From Candidatus Saccharimonadia bacterium (lineage in GTDB: Bacteria; Patescibacteriota; Saccharimonadia; UBA4664): a stretch of DNA of 64,000 bases. This document shows positions 27,990 to 35,944 of the stretch, piece after piece (the stretch's first letter is position 1; every line of letters starts with the position of its first letter). The stretch lies in contig JBGTMQ010000017.1 of assembly GCA_041743505.1 (NCBI GenBank), forward strand, positions 15,680-79,679, in the 5' to 3' direction. A program made the translations under genes and the position numbers. The notes beneath the pieces are model-generated. The model worked only from the letters and a program-made list of their open reading frames with translations. It did not search any database and was not told the DNA's origin.

Positions 27990-29210
27990 TTAGCGGTCTT
28001 CGTCCGCCCGCTTGCCCTCGGGTGAAGCCTTGCGCAATAACTCAGCAGCCGCTGCAAAATCAGCCATCGGAATGGCGGCGGGCTCAGCCGGTTGCGTTTC
28101 CGCATTGATTAATTCAGCCTGCGTAGGCTGCTCTGGCGCCGGCTCAAGCGGAACACTCGGCTCAATGTGATGAGGCTCAATAATCGACTCTTCAGTCGTA
28201 CCTGGAGCCGTCGTGCGCTCTGCATCCGGATTAGCTACCCGCTCAACTGCGGCGGCCTCAGGCTGCGAGCGGCGAGCCAACTCCTGACGCGGCGCCTCCT
28301 GTTGACGTGGAGCCTCTTGCGAACGCACAGCTTCTTGCTGGCGCTCAGGCTGGCTCGGCCGGTCGCCACGCGAGCGGTCATCGCGTGAACGGTCGTCACG
28401 GCGGTCACTACGCTCTGAACGATGATCACGCTCGCCACCATCACGACCACCCTCACGGCTATCGCGGAACAAACCTTTCACCACCACCTGCTGCTTAGCT
28501 CCAGCAGCCATCATCTGCGCAGCCACTGTTAGGCTCTTAGAGGTCGTGTGACTGGCCGTAAACCGGTCCGTTGAGGCCATGAGACCGGTCAGCATCACCG
28601 TAGCGATATCAGCATCAATCAACCCGCTCTGCAGGCTCTCGCTGGTAGCTACCAAAATCTCGCACAAGCTAGAAGCCGTTGGCTCAATCAAGTTAATGGC
28701 GCCATAGCTCTCATTCGTGCGATGAAAGTCCAAATTAATAACCGGGATCGAGTTAAACAATCCCTGGTTCTCAGCATAAACCCGGTCAATACGAGCCCGC
28801 GTTGGCACACCCAAAACAATGGCGATGTCATAGTGGAAATCACCGTACCCGAACGTCACGTCGCTCGGCGCAAACCCGCCTTTAAACGGCGTAATATACA
28901 CGTTGAGCTTGCCGTCTTCTACCTCGTAGCGCAACTTATCAACCTCAGCCTTATTTACATCCACCTTCAGAATAAAATCACGCATCCCGCTCAAGCGCTT
29001 ATCAACGCCTGTCTGGTCCAAAAACTGAACCGATTGAGGCAGCTGATCGCTAATTATGGCGCTAACCTTCTTGCCAAACTTGCGCAGTATCGCCGCTAAG
29101 GCAATAACCGCCGCTACCTGGTCTGCACTAGGATGCTGGCCACTCGTAATTAGAATAGTTTCCGCCTGGCGGATCGCTTCGGATGTTTGCTGTTTGGGTG
29201 TCAGGTCCAT
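27990..29210 (-). CDS. DHH-DHHA1 phosphoesterase (NrnA-like nanoRNase/pAp phosphatase) with a C-terminal Arg/Asp/Glu/Ser-rich disordered tail of about 160 aa
   Basis: DHH motif region and GGGH-like DHHA1 region in the first 250 aa; tail RDSREGGRDGGERDHRSERSDRRDDRSRDDRSRGDR... Confidence 0.7.
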   Translation of the reverse strand: MDLTPKQQTSEAIRQAETILITSGQHPSADQVAAVIALAAILRKFGKKVSAIISDQLPQSVQFLDQTGVDKRLSGMRDFILKVDVNKAEVDKLRYEVEDGKLNVYITPFKGGFAPSDVTFGYGDFHYDIAIVLGVPTRARIDRVYAENQGLFNSIPVINLDFHRTNESYGAINLIEPTASSLCEILVATSESLQSGLIDADIATVMLTGLMASTDRFTASHTTSKSLTVAAQMMAAGAKQQVVVKGLFRDSREGGRDGGERDHRSERSDRRDDRSRDDRSRGDRPSQPERQQEAVRSQEAPRQQEAPRQELARRSQPEAAAVERVANPDAERTTAPGTTEESIIEPHHIEPSVPLEPAPEQPTQAELINAETQPAEPAAIPMADFAAAAELLRKASPEGKRADEDR

Positions 29211-29407
29211 GGAGGTAGCTATGCTCGCTTAAAGAATCTACCAGCCTACCACATAATTGCTAATCTTGTCAAGAGTAATGGTTATGGTTAATTAAATGGG
29301 TTGGAAAGCTATTCGCTCTCCAACCCATTAACCATCCCGCTTACCGCGAAAAAGTACCACATATGAAACTAGCGCAGACGAACTAATCTCTAGACAACTG
29401 TTCAGAC

Positions 29408-29602
29408 TTATTCGCCGGCTCGCTCTGCTCTCGTCGCAGCATTACCCATATCTGTAGCTCTGGCCCCTTGTTCATGAACAGCGACAGTGCCCGGTGCAAT
29501 CTCTAACCTGTCAGCGATCTCTTTGGTCGTCATGCCCTCTGCCCGACCAAACCTTACCTCTTCCTCCATTTCAGTATGATCTCTGAACGAGCGTATTCCC
29601 AT
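29408..29602 (-). CDS. small HTH protein (sigma-70 region-4/LuxR-like helix-turn-helix)
   Basis: GMTTKEIADRLEIAPGTVAVH resembles a region-4-type HTH; flanked by 21-bp direct repeats. Confidence 0.35.
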   Translation of the reverse strand: MGIRSFRDHTEMEEEVRFGRAEGMTTKEIADRLEIAPGTVAVHEQGARATDMGNAATRAERAGE

Positions 29603-29825
29603 AGCAAATCCCCTTTCAGGTCGTCTGAGCCCTCATACTCATAATGAGCTACTAATTCAATATTTCAAGCAAACAACCCCAGGCATTGACATGCTTTTAC
29701 CCGCATAGCCAAGAGTAATAGTTATGGTTACAGAGATAAGTAAAAATCCACTGGTGCTGAGTCGCAAAGAAACGCGCCCCAGCCAAACGGCGCAGGAGCG
29801 CGTTTCACTGGGGCGTAATGTTGGG

Positions 29826-30389
29826 TCAGGACTGGACCGAGGTTACCGCTGCCCGATCACGTGCAACAGTAACGAGGAAACGCGCCCCAGCCAAACCAAG
29901 GCCACGCTGGCGGCGCAGCTCCTTGATGGCAGTGATGACGCTGCCGCTTTTGGCGTAAAGCCAGGCGGCCAGCTTGGCATCGGACAGCTCAGCGAGCTCC
30001 GGATCAGTACCTTGTACCGCGGCTTTCTCGCGCCGGACACGAACCTGTGCCGCCGCAACGATATCCCTGGCCTCCAGAAGACCCAGGCCTAGGTGAAGAT
30101 CCTGGCGGAGCTTCTTGATTACCCAGATCATCTGGCCGCCAGCAGAAACAAGCTGATAGGCCAGGTCGTCGGCAGTCGGCACAATGGGGACGGTTTCATT
30201 GTCAACTACATACTCTGTGGCATCGAGTGTCACAGGAACAACACTGCCGGTCAGATAATACTTGGCTATGTAGTTTCGAGCATCACCCTCACTCTCGAAG
30301 AAAGCGATGAGTTGCAAGGCAGGCCCAACGTTTGGCACACGGTAATCATGCAGAATTCCATACTGAGGTGCGATCATGTCATACTCCAT
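29826..30389 (-). CDS. hypothetical protein with two C-terminal ribosomal L7/L12-CTD-like repeats
   Basis: VIKKLRQDLHLGLGLLEARDIV and ITAIKELRRQRGLGLAGARFLV resemble the L7/L12 C-terminal GLGLKEAKDLV motif; likely start MEYDMIAPQ. Confidence 0.4.
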   Translation of the reverse strand: MEYDMIAPQYGILHDYRVPNVGPALQLIAFFESEGDARNYIAKYYLTGSVVPVTLDATEYVVDNETVPIVPTADDLAYQLVSAGGQMIWVIKKLRQDLHLGLGLLEARDIVAAAQVRVRREKAAVQGTDPELAELSDAKLAAWLYAKSGSVITAIKELRRQRGLGLAGARFLVTVARDRAAVTSVQS

Positions 30390-30580
30390 CTCGGTGGGTA
30401 AGGGTGACGTGACTATAGTTATAATAGCATACTTTGCTAAATTTTGCAAGTTTATCTTCTATCTTCAGCTCTATTTCACCTCCTCGATCAAGTAGGGCGA
30501 ACAAAGCGGAATATATCACAACATATACATTGAACAATGTAAAACAAAAAGCCTGTTCCACAACAATCCAGCACCGGTTA

Positions 30581-30609
30581 TTTACATTCCTGCCCAAATA
30601 AGCTATAGT
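30581..30609 (+). promoter_or_regulatory. sigma70-type promoter TTTACA-17-TATAGT for rpsT
   Basis: Hexamers with 17-nt spacing about 65 nt upstream of the rpsT ATG. Confidence 0.45.
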
Positions 30610-30675
30610 CTCCTGGTATTTGCCGGCCGGATGCGCGCCGCAATTTTGTATCAACCCCACACTAAGGAATCCTTT

Positions 30676-31092
30676 ATGCCCATCATCAAATCAGCTATGA
30701 AGCGCGCCAAGCAGGCCATTGTACGCCGCAGCCGCAATCTCCAGGTCAAACGTGCCGTCAAGCAGGACATTACCGCCCTGCACACGGCCATCACCGAAAA
30801 CAAGGTCGCCGAACTCCCGGAAAAGCTAGCCGCCGCTTACTCCGAGATCGACCGGGCCGTCAAGAAAGGCACGCTGCACAAAAACACCGCTGCCCGCCGC
30901 AAAAGCCAGCTGGCCAGCCACGTAGCCAAGGCCTCCGGCGACATCAAGACTGAAGAGCCCAAGACCACCAAGGGTGCCGGCAAGAAAGCCGCTACCACCA
31001 AAACAGCAGCCAAGAAAACCACTGCTACAAAGACTGCAGCCAAAAAGCCGGCCGCCAAAAAAACTCCAGCCAAGAAAACTGAGAGTAAATAA
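30676..31092 (+). CDS. rpsT: 30S ribosomal protein S20 with a Lys/Ala/Thr-rich histone-H1-like C-terminal tail
   Basis: MPIIKSAMKRAKQAIVRRSRN...GTLHKNTAARRKSQL matches S20; followed by about 50 aa of KK/AA/TT repeats. Confidence 0.85.
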   Translation: MPIIKSAMKRAKQAIVRRSRNLQVKRAVKQDITALHTAITENKVAELPEKLAAAYSEIDRAVKKGTLHKNTAARRKSQLASHVAKASGDIKTEEPKTTKGAGKKAATTKTAAKKTTATKTAAKKPAAKKTPAKKTESK

Positions 31093-31098
31093 CTCTCG

Positions 31099-31131
31099 CA
31101 CAATACCAGGGGCCCGCAAGGGCCCCTGGTA
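31099..31131 (+). terminator. intrinsic terminator (AATACCAGGGGCC-CGCAA-GGGCCCCTGGTATT)
   Basis: Perfect 13-bp stem just after the rpsT stop. Confidence 0.55.
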
Positions 31132-31147
31132 TTGTTAGGATAAACAT

Positions 31148-31729
31148 ATGGCAACCACTGATCAGCTCAAACAAGACATCATCTTCCAGACGCCACTACG
31201 CGGACACTTATTCACCTTTCATTCCACCTGGGGCCTATTCAGCCCCAAAGCCATCGACGAGGGCACCCAATTACTCGTTGACCACCTCGACATTCGCCCC
31301 ACGGACGACTGCCTCGATCTAGGCTGTGGTTATGGACCGCTTGGCCTGGCTATGGCTCATCTGGCCCCCAAAGGCACCACCCACCTCGTCGACAAAGACT
31401 TCGTTGCCGTAGATTATTCCGCTCGCAACGCCAAAATCAACCAGCTACCCAATGCCCAAGCCTACCTGTCCAACGGACTCGCCCAAGTCCCGCCCAATCA
31501 AAAATTCGACATTATTGCCTCCAACATTCCCGCCAAAATTGGCGGCGAGCTGCTCAGCATCTTCCTCCACGACTCGTACGCCCGTCTCAATCCTGGTGGC
31601 AAGCTCTACATCGTCACCGTCTCCGGGCTCAAGGACTACATGAAACGCCACCTCACCGAAGTATTCGGCAATTATGATAAGCTCAAGCAGAGCCGAACCT
31701 ACACCGCCGCTGTAGCCATCAAGCGCTAG
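31148..31729 (+). CDS. class I SAM-dependent methyltransferase, MTS small domain (RsmC/RlmG-like rRNA m2G MTase)
   Basis: LDLGCGYGPLGLAMA (motif I) and NIPAKIGG (N-P-P-like motif IV variant). Confidence 0.6.
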   Translation: MATTDQLKQDIIFQTPLRGHLFTFHSTWGLFSPKAIDEGTQLLVDHLDIRPTDDCLDLGCGYGPLGLAMAHLAPKGTTHLVDKDFVAVDYSARNAKINQLPNAQAYLSNGLAQVPPNQKFDIIASNIPAKIGGELLSIFLHDSYARLNPGGKLYIVTVSGLKDYMKRHLTEVFGNYDKLKQSRTYTAAVAIKR

Positions 31730-31744
31730 ACTAAGGAGACCGGC

Positions 31745-32137
31745 ATGCTCCCGCTGACACTTGTCGAAGACCCTGCGGGGTTCCACCCGGTATTTCTTCA
31801 AGCCATTCACTCTGAATCCCGCATTATTGGCTGGTTAACCTATGGCCACGACGAACCACCGATGACCGCCCAAGAAGAAAAAGAGCTTAATAGCTCGGAC
31901 CTACTACCTGGATTCCGTACCCACCGGCGCCTCCAACGCCCCTATTTCCTCATCTGCACAGCCTATTGGGCTAGCGCCGAAGAGCATGGCGTCTGCTATC
32001 GGGCCCTCGATAAATCCAAATCTAACTCATCGCCAGAGTGGTTTCGCCCCCTCCACACACTCGACGGCAAAGGCTGGCTAGACCCTGAACCAGATGGAGG
32101 CCCCAGGTTCACACAAGACCTCCCCCAACCCCGCTAG
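31745..32137 (+). CDS. hypothetical protein
   Basis: 130-aa ORF; no family recognised. Confidence 0.35.
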   Translation: MLPLTLVEDPAGFHPVFLQAIHSESRIIGWLTYGHDEPPMTAQEEKELNSSDLLPGFRTHRRLQRPYFLICTAYWASAEEHGVCYRALDKSKSNSSPEWFRPLHTLDGKGWLDPEPDGGPRFTQDLPQPR

Positions 32138-32225
32138 ACGCGTCAAGCAATGCTCCGTCGTCAGCGGGGCATTGTTTTACTAGAACAACGTAGACCCAGA
32201 ACTCCATACACGTTAGGCTAGAACC

Positions 32226-32438
32226 ATGCCAAAACCACCTGTCGATCCACTACGAGCCAGGATGCTCGAGTACGTCCAAGAACTCATGGAGCGCAGCGCC
32301 CAACTGCGCGACTACGCCGCTACACCCGGCAACGCCTGGCTCGCCAAAAGTGAGCTGCAAACCATTAGCCAGCTCACCAGCGAACTAGATTCCCTCCTCG
32401 AAGACATCAAACAAGCCGACACCGAAAACGGCTACTAA
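32226..32438 (+). CDS. hypothetical small helical protein (70 aa)
   Basis: ORF with acidic helical composition. Confidence 0.35.
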   Translation: MPKPPVDPLRARMLEYVQELMERSAQLRDYAATPGNAWLAKSELQTISQLTSELDSLLEDIKQADTENGY

Positions 32439-32658
32439 CCTACCCCACCCTCAAGCAAATCCCAGCTTTCCGCTTTGAAAAAGGGAAATTGTTTCTGTAC
32501 AAGCGGAAGTGTTGGCGACCAGCTAAATAACGCAATAAATTCTCTCGTAATACTATCGTTGACCTCGGCAAAGTCACAGCTTGCCGCTGTACAGAACAAT
32601 TTCCCTTTTTCTGTCCCAGGCAAAGACGCAGCTTGCCGCGATGCGAAAAACATTCCCT

Positions 32659-33597
32659 TTATCTGTCTTTACTAGCCGTCGCCACCCGGTAAACCAACTG
32701 CTCCACTGCCGCTTCAGGCTTCAACCGGCCTGATTTTATGTCAAACTCACACTCAGCCGCCGCCCGGTAGGCGTTCACGAGCGTAGCCTGGCTATGACGG
32801 CGATGGCTGCTCAGCATCTTGCCCGCCACAAACGGAGACATGCCGGCCGCTTTAGCCAGCTCTGATTGTGACAACCCAGGAGCAGTTTTGGCCAATAACA
32901 AGTTACGCAATTGCCACTGAACCATGGTCAAAATGTATAGCTCGTTCTCCCGGTTAGCCAGCAGGTTACGGTAACCAACCAGGGCCGCGTCAGTACGGCC
33001 TGCCGTCATTGCCTCCACCATATCAAACACCGACTGGTCGATACTCGGCGCCACCAACTTGCGCACCGTTTCCACCGTAACCACCGGATCATAATTGACC
33101 AGCTTGCCGATCTCGCCGGACAGCCGCCATTGGTCGCCCCCGGTAAGGTCCAGCAACTCTTGCAGCATCCGGCGGTCAGCCTGGCCACCAATACGCTCGG
33201 TCTCAGCCTTAGCCCAAGCCAATAGCTGTGGTACCGGCAGCGGATCAAATTTAACCACTTTATCGGCCCGGCTCAACGCCTTAAACAAAGCCGTCCGCTG
33301 GTCAATGCTCTGTTCCACGAACACCGCCACAGTGCTACTCGGAACCGCCGAAAGCATGGCCGCCAATTTCTCACTTATGGCTTTATTGAGAGATAAATCC
33401 TCCACAATTACCAAACGGCTAGTCGCCATAAACGGCGCTGCCTGCAACGTCGCCACTAGCTCACGCGGTTTCACATTAGAGCCATTAACCCGCTCCAGCC
33501 CGATATCCGAACCCGTCTTAGCCTTATAGGCCTCCATCATTTGGCTCAGCTGATGGCGCAAAGCATAGGTATTTGGCCCGTAAAAGAAAAACGTCAT
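32659..33597 (-). CDS. holA: DNA polymerase III subunit delta
   Basis: 312-aa; N-terminal FFYGPNTYALRH...VIVEDLS pattern and overall length typical of HolA. Confidence 0.7.
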   Translation of the reverse strand: MTFFFYGPNTYALRHQLSQMMEAYKAKTGSDIGLERVNGSNVKPRELVATLQAAPFMATSRLVIVEDLSLNKAISEKLAAMLSAVPSSTVAVFVEQSIDQRTALFKALSRADKVVKFDPLPVPQLLAWAKAETERIGGQADRRMLQELLDLTGGDQWRLSGEIGKLVNYDPVVTVETVRKLVAPSIDQSVFDMVEAMTAGRTDAALVGYRNLLANRENELYILTMVQWQLRNLLLAKTAPGLSQSELAKAAGMSPFVAGKMLSSHRRHSQATLVNAYRAAAECEFDIKSGRLKPEAAVEQLVYRVATASKDR

Positions 33598-34475
33598 ACC
33601 AAATCAAGCTTCTGACACATAGGGCAAACGTGCGTACCCCGGCCGGCCACGCGAATCTTTTCAATCAACGTTCCGCAAACTGGACATGGCTGCCCCTCCC
33701 GGCGAAATACCCGGGCATTCTCTAAATAATCACCCTTACCACCCAGCGAGTTAACATAATGGGCAAAACTCGTGCCGCCATGCTCAATGCCCAGCCCCAT
33801 AATCTCCCGGACAGCCGCATGCAGCCGCTTATTCTCAGCAGCCGTCAGCGAACCAGCCAACCGCCGCGGATGCAGTTTGGCCAGGTGCAATGATTCATCA
33901 GCATAAATATTGCCAATCCCCGCCACCACCGCCTGGTCCAAAATCACCGGCTTAACCGGTGCTCGCTTATGCCGCTCCAATTGAGACTGTAAATACGTCA
34001 CGCTAAACGCATCCGACAATACTTCCGGCCCCAACCGCGACACCAACGTATCAAGTTCAACCTCAGCCGTCGGCACCAGTTTAATCCAACCGAACTTACG
34101 CTGGTCATTAAAATACAGCACGTCACCCGAAGTCAGCCGGAAAATCACCCGTGTCGACACGTCCGGCAGCTCGCTGGCCATGCTCTCGGTCGGATGTCCC
34201 CCGGCCATACGCACGCCATCGGCTTTCACCAGCACCATCTGGCCGGTCATCTTGAGGTGAAACAGCAGCGAGTAGCCATTATCCAGATCAATTATCAAGA
34301 CCTTAGCCCGCCGGCTTACCCGGATAATCCGCGCCCCAGGCATAATCTGCTCCCGCAAGACCTGCGGCATCTGAAAGCTCCTCTCCCACAATACCTCAAT
34401 ATCCGACACTCTCTGGTCCACCACCTCCCGCTCCAAACCGCGCCTGATTGTCTCAACCTCCGGCCCTTCCGGCAT
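33594..34475 (-). CDS. mutM: formamidopyrimidine-DNA glycosylase (Fpg/MutM)
   Basis: N-terminal MPEGPEVE (catalytic Pro2/Glu3), H2TH region, C-terminal zinc finger CPVCG...CPMCQ; the ORF track begins two codons earlier at MGM. Confidence 0.85.
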   Translation of the reverse strand: MPEGPEVETIRRGLEREVVDQRVSDIEVLWERSFQMPQVLREQIMPGARIIRVSRRAKVLIIDLDNGYSLLFHLKMTGQMVLVKADGVRMAGGHPTESMASELPDVSTRVIFRLTSGDVLYFNDQRKFGWIKLVPTAEVELDTLVSRLGPEVLSDAFSVTYLQSQLERHKRAPVKPVILDQAVVAGIGNIYADESLHLAKLHPRRLAGSLTAAENKRLHAAVREIMGLGIEHGGTSFAHYVNSLGGKGDYLENARVFRREGQPCPVCGTLIEKIRVAGRGTHVCPMCQKLDLV

Positions 34476-34533
34476 CCCCAAAACCTCGTTACGCTAATTA
34501 GTATAGGGCATCAACAAATTATCAACCCCAACA

Positions 34534-34562
34534 TTGACAAATCAATCAGGATATGCCAATAT
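34534..34562 (+). promoter_or_regulatory. cassette-1 promoter TTGACA-17-CAATAT (alternative TATAAT with a 20-nt spacer)
   Basis: Conserved with the cassette-2 promoter TTGACA-17-TAAAAT; followed by the conserved leader GATATCCG...TCGGACATCGCA..CCGACAAATCACCCGAT-ATG. Confidence 0.5.
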
Positions 34563-34610
34563 AATAATGATATCCGGTTTTCGGACATCGCACCCGACAA
34601 ATCACCCGAT

Positions 34611-34928
34611 ATGATCCTGGAGGTCATGGTGAACGCTCAAACCGATGTATCGGGCAGCTCTACAACCAAGAGCCAGCCCAAACCAGTGTACAAAGCCAGT
34701 ATCTGCTCCTGGGCCGTCGTATTCTGGATGGTGCTGTTATTGGTCAGCTCCCTCACAATCGACCAATATCTCGCCCTCTACGTGTGGCTGGCAACCGGTA
34801 TTGTATTCCTCTACACAACCGGCCTGTGTGTGATAATCATCAGACACATCGACTTCCGCTCGCAGTACCCAGTCACCAGCTCACCTGCGACAGAGCCGCC
34901 GGCCTCAACAACCACCACGGAAAGCTAA
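34611..34928 (+). CDS. small membrane protein, cassette 1 (MILEVMVNAQT..., 3 TM)
   Basis: In frame with ORF-track entry 34194..34928, whose N-terminal part is antisense to fpg; the N-terminus MILE(V/S)(M/I)V(N/T)A is shared with the cassette-2 ORF. Confidence 0.45.
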   Translation: MILEVMVNAQTDVSGSSTTKSQPKPVYKASICSWAVVFWMVLLLVSSLTIDQYLALYVWLATGIVFLYTTGLCVIIIRHIDFRSQYPVTSSPATEPPASTTTTES

Positions 34929-35008
34929 TCTCAGCCTCACAGGCAAGCGGCCCAAGAAACCTGACCGGGACATCCCGCATCAGTCCGCTTGCCTCCGGGT
35001 GATTTGTC

Positions 35009-35066
35009 GGTACCTTAGTCAAATGTATATTTTGGCCTGACGAGTCCTAAAGGACGAAAAGGTACC
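35009..35066 (+). ncRNA. type-III hammerhead self-cleaving ribozyme, copy 1 (predicted cleavage after A35017)
   Basis: GGUACCUUA|GUCAAA-UGUAUAU-UUUGGC-CUGACGA-GUCC-UAAA-GGAC-GAAA-AGGUACC. Conserved core C3U4G5A6N7G8A9 and G12A13A14 present; stems I (6 bp), II (4 bp, UAAA loop) and III (8 bp) all form; U16.1-A15.1 pair and H17=A. Confidence 0.8.
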
Positions 35067-35083
35067 ATTCACAGCCACAGAAG

Positions 35084-35112
35084 TTGACAAATCAAACAGC
35101 TTGTGCTAAAAT
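35084..35112 (+). promoter_or_regulatory. cassette-2 promoter TTGACA-17-TAAAAT
   Basis: Consensus -35, 17-nt spacer, good -10; lies 18 nt downstream of hammerhead copy 1. Confidence 0.55.
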
Positions 35113-35161
35113 AATAAAGATATCCGATCCTCGGACATCGCAACCCGACAAATCACCCGAT

Positions 35162-35482
35162 ATGATCCTGGAGAGCATCGTGACTGCCAAGACATCAAAA
35201 TCAGGCAACGATCAGCCGGCAAACAACCATGAAGGTAGGTTCTTCGTTGCAATGGGAATCGGCTTGTGGATTATGAGCGTCTTTCTGTACATAAGAACCG
35301 GCATGGACGAACTCAGCCTTGAGGCGCTCGTGAAAACCACCACCGGCTGCGTAGTTCTCGCATCAGGAGGGATTATCCTGGTCGTAATCGGCGCCGCTCT
35401 TGGGATACTGAGCCGCATCGACTCTGCGGTGGCAAAGTTGACCACAACAGACACCGCTCCCGCGCCCGACAGCAAAAGCTGA
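35162..35482 (+). CDS. small membrane protein, cassette 2 (MILESIVTAKT..., 3 TM)
   Basis: ORF-track entry 35084..35482 trimmed to the ATG homologous to cassette 1; the upstream in-frame part covers the promoter. Confidence 0.45.
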   Translation: MILESIVTAKTSKSGNDQPANNHEGRFFVAMGIGLWIMSVFLYIRTGMDELSLEALVKTTTGCVVLASGGIILVVIGAALGILSRIDSAVAKLTTTDTAPAPDSKS

Positions 35483-35514
35483 CACCGGACACACCCCGAC
35501 CAGGAGGTCATAGG

Positions 35515-35805
35515 ATGACTGCCCCAGCCACCACTCCCGGCAACAAGCAGCTCAATCAATGCGTATGGACGCTAAGCGTCGGAATAGGCCTGTTGGTCTT
35601 TAACACCATTCTCAGCGCAGCTGTCGCATTCCAGGTCGAAGATTGGCAGATGGCCATAAAGTTCCTGGGCATCCAGTTTAGCCTGCTTTCCCTCGGAGTT
35701 CTTCTGGTCACAATCGCCGCGGTTCTCTACTTCGCCGGTAAACAAGCCCCACTGGCGGCAGACACCGGGACGGTTCCTACACCAGCAGAGACCACCGGCG
35801 CCTAA
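35515..35805 (+). CDS. small membrane protein, second gene of cassette 2 (96 aa, 2-3 TM)
   Basis: AGGAGG RBS 7 nt before the ATG; hydrophobic. Confidence 0.45.
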   Translation: MTAPATTPGNKQLNQCVWTLSVGIGLLVFNTILSAAVAFQVEDWQMAIKFLGIQFSLLSLGVLLVTIAAVLYFAGKQAPLAADTGTVPTPAETTGA

Positions 35806-35886
35806 CCCTCCAACCACACAGGCAAGCGGCCCAAGAAACCTGACCGGGACATCCCGCATCAGTCCGCTTGCCTCCGGGTGATTTGT

Positions 35887-35944
35887 CGGTACCTTAGTCA
35901 AATGTATATTTTGGCCTGATGAGTCCTAAAGGACGAAAAGGTAC
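35887..35944 (+). ncRNA. type-III hammerhead self-cleaving ribozyme, copy 2 (predicted cleavage after A35895)
   Basis: Identical to copy 1 except U7 (canonical CUGAUGA); lies within a 130-nt block matching 34937-35066. Confidence 0.8.

Noticed and set aside
34194-34610. N-terminal 139 codons of the 244-aa + ORF 34194..34928
   Set aside because: This part overlaps fpg on the opposite strand and precedes the cassette-1 promoter. Only the C-terminal 105 codons (34611..34928), homologous to the cassette-2 ORF, are taken as real.
35084-35161. Upstream extension of ORF 35084..35482 (MTNQTACAKIIKISDPRTSQPDKSPD...)
   Set aside because: The extension spans the TTGACA-17-TAAAAT promoter and leader. 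Homology with cassette 1 begins at the MILE start, so it was trimmed to 35162.
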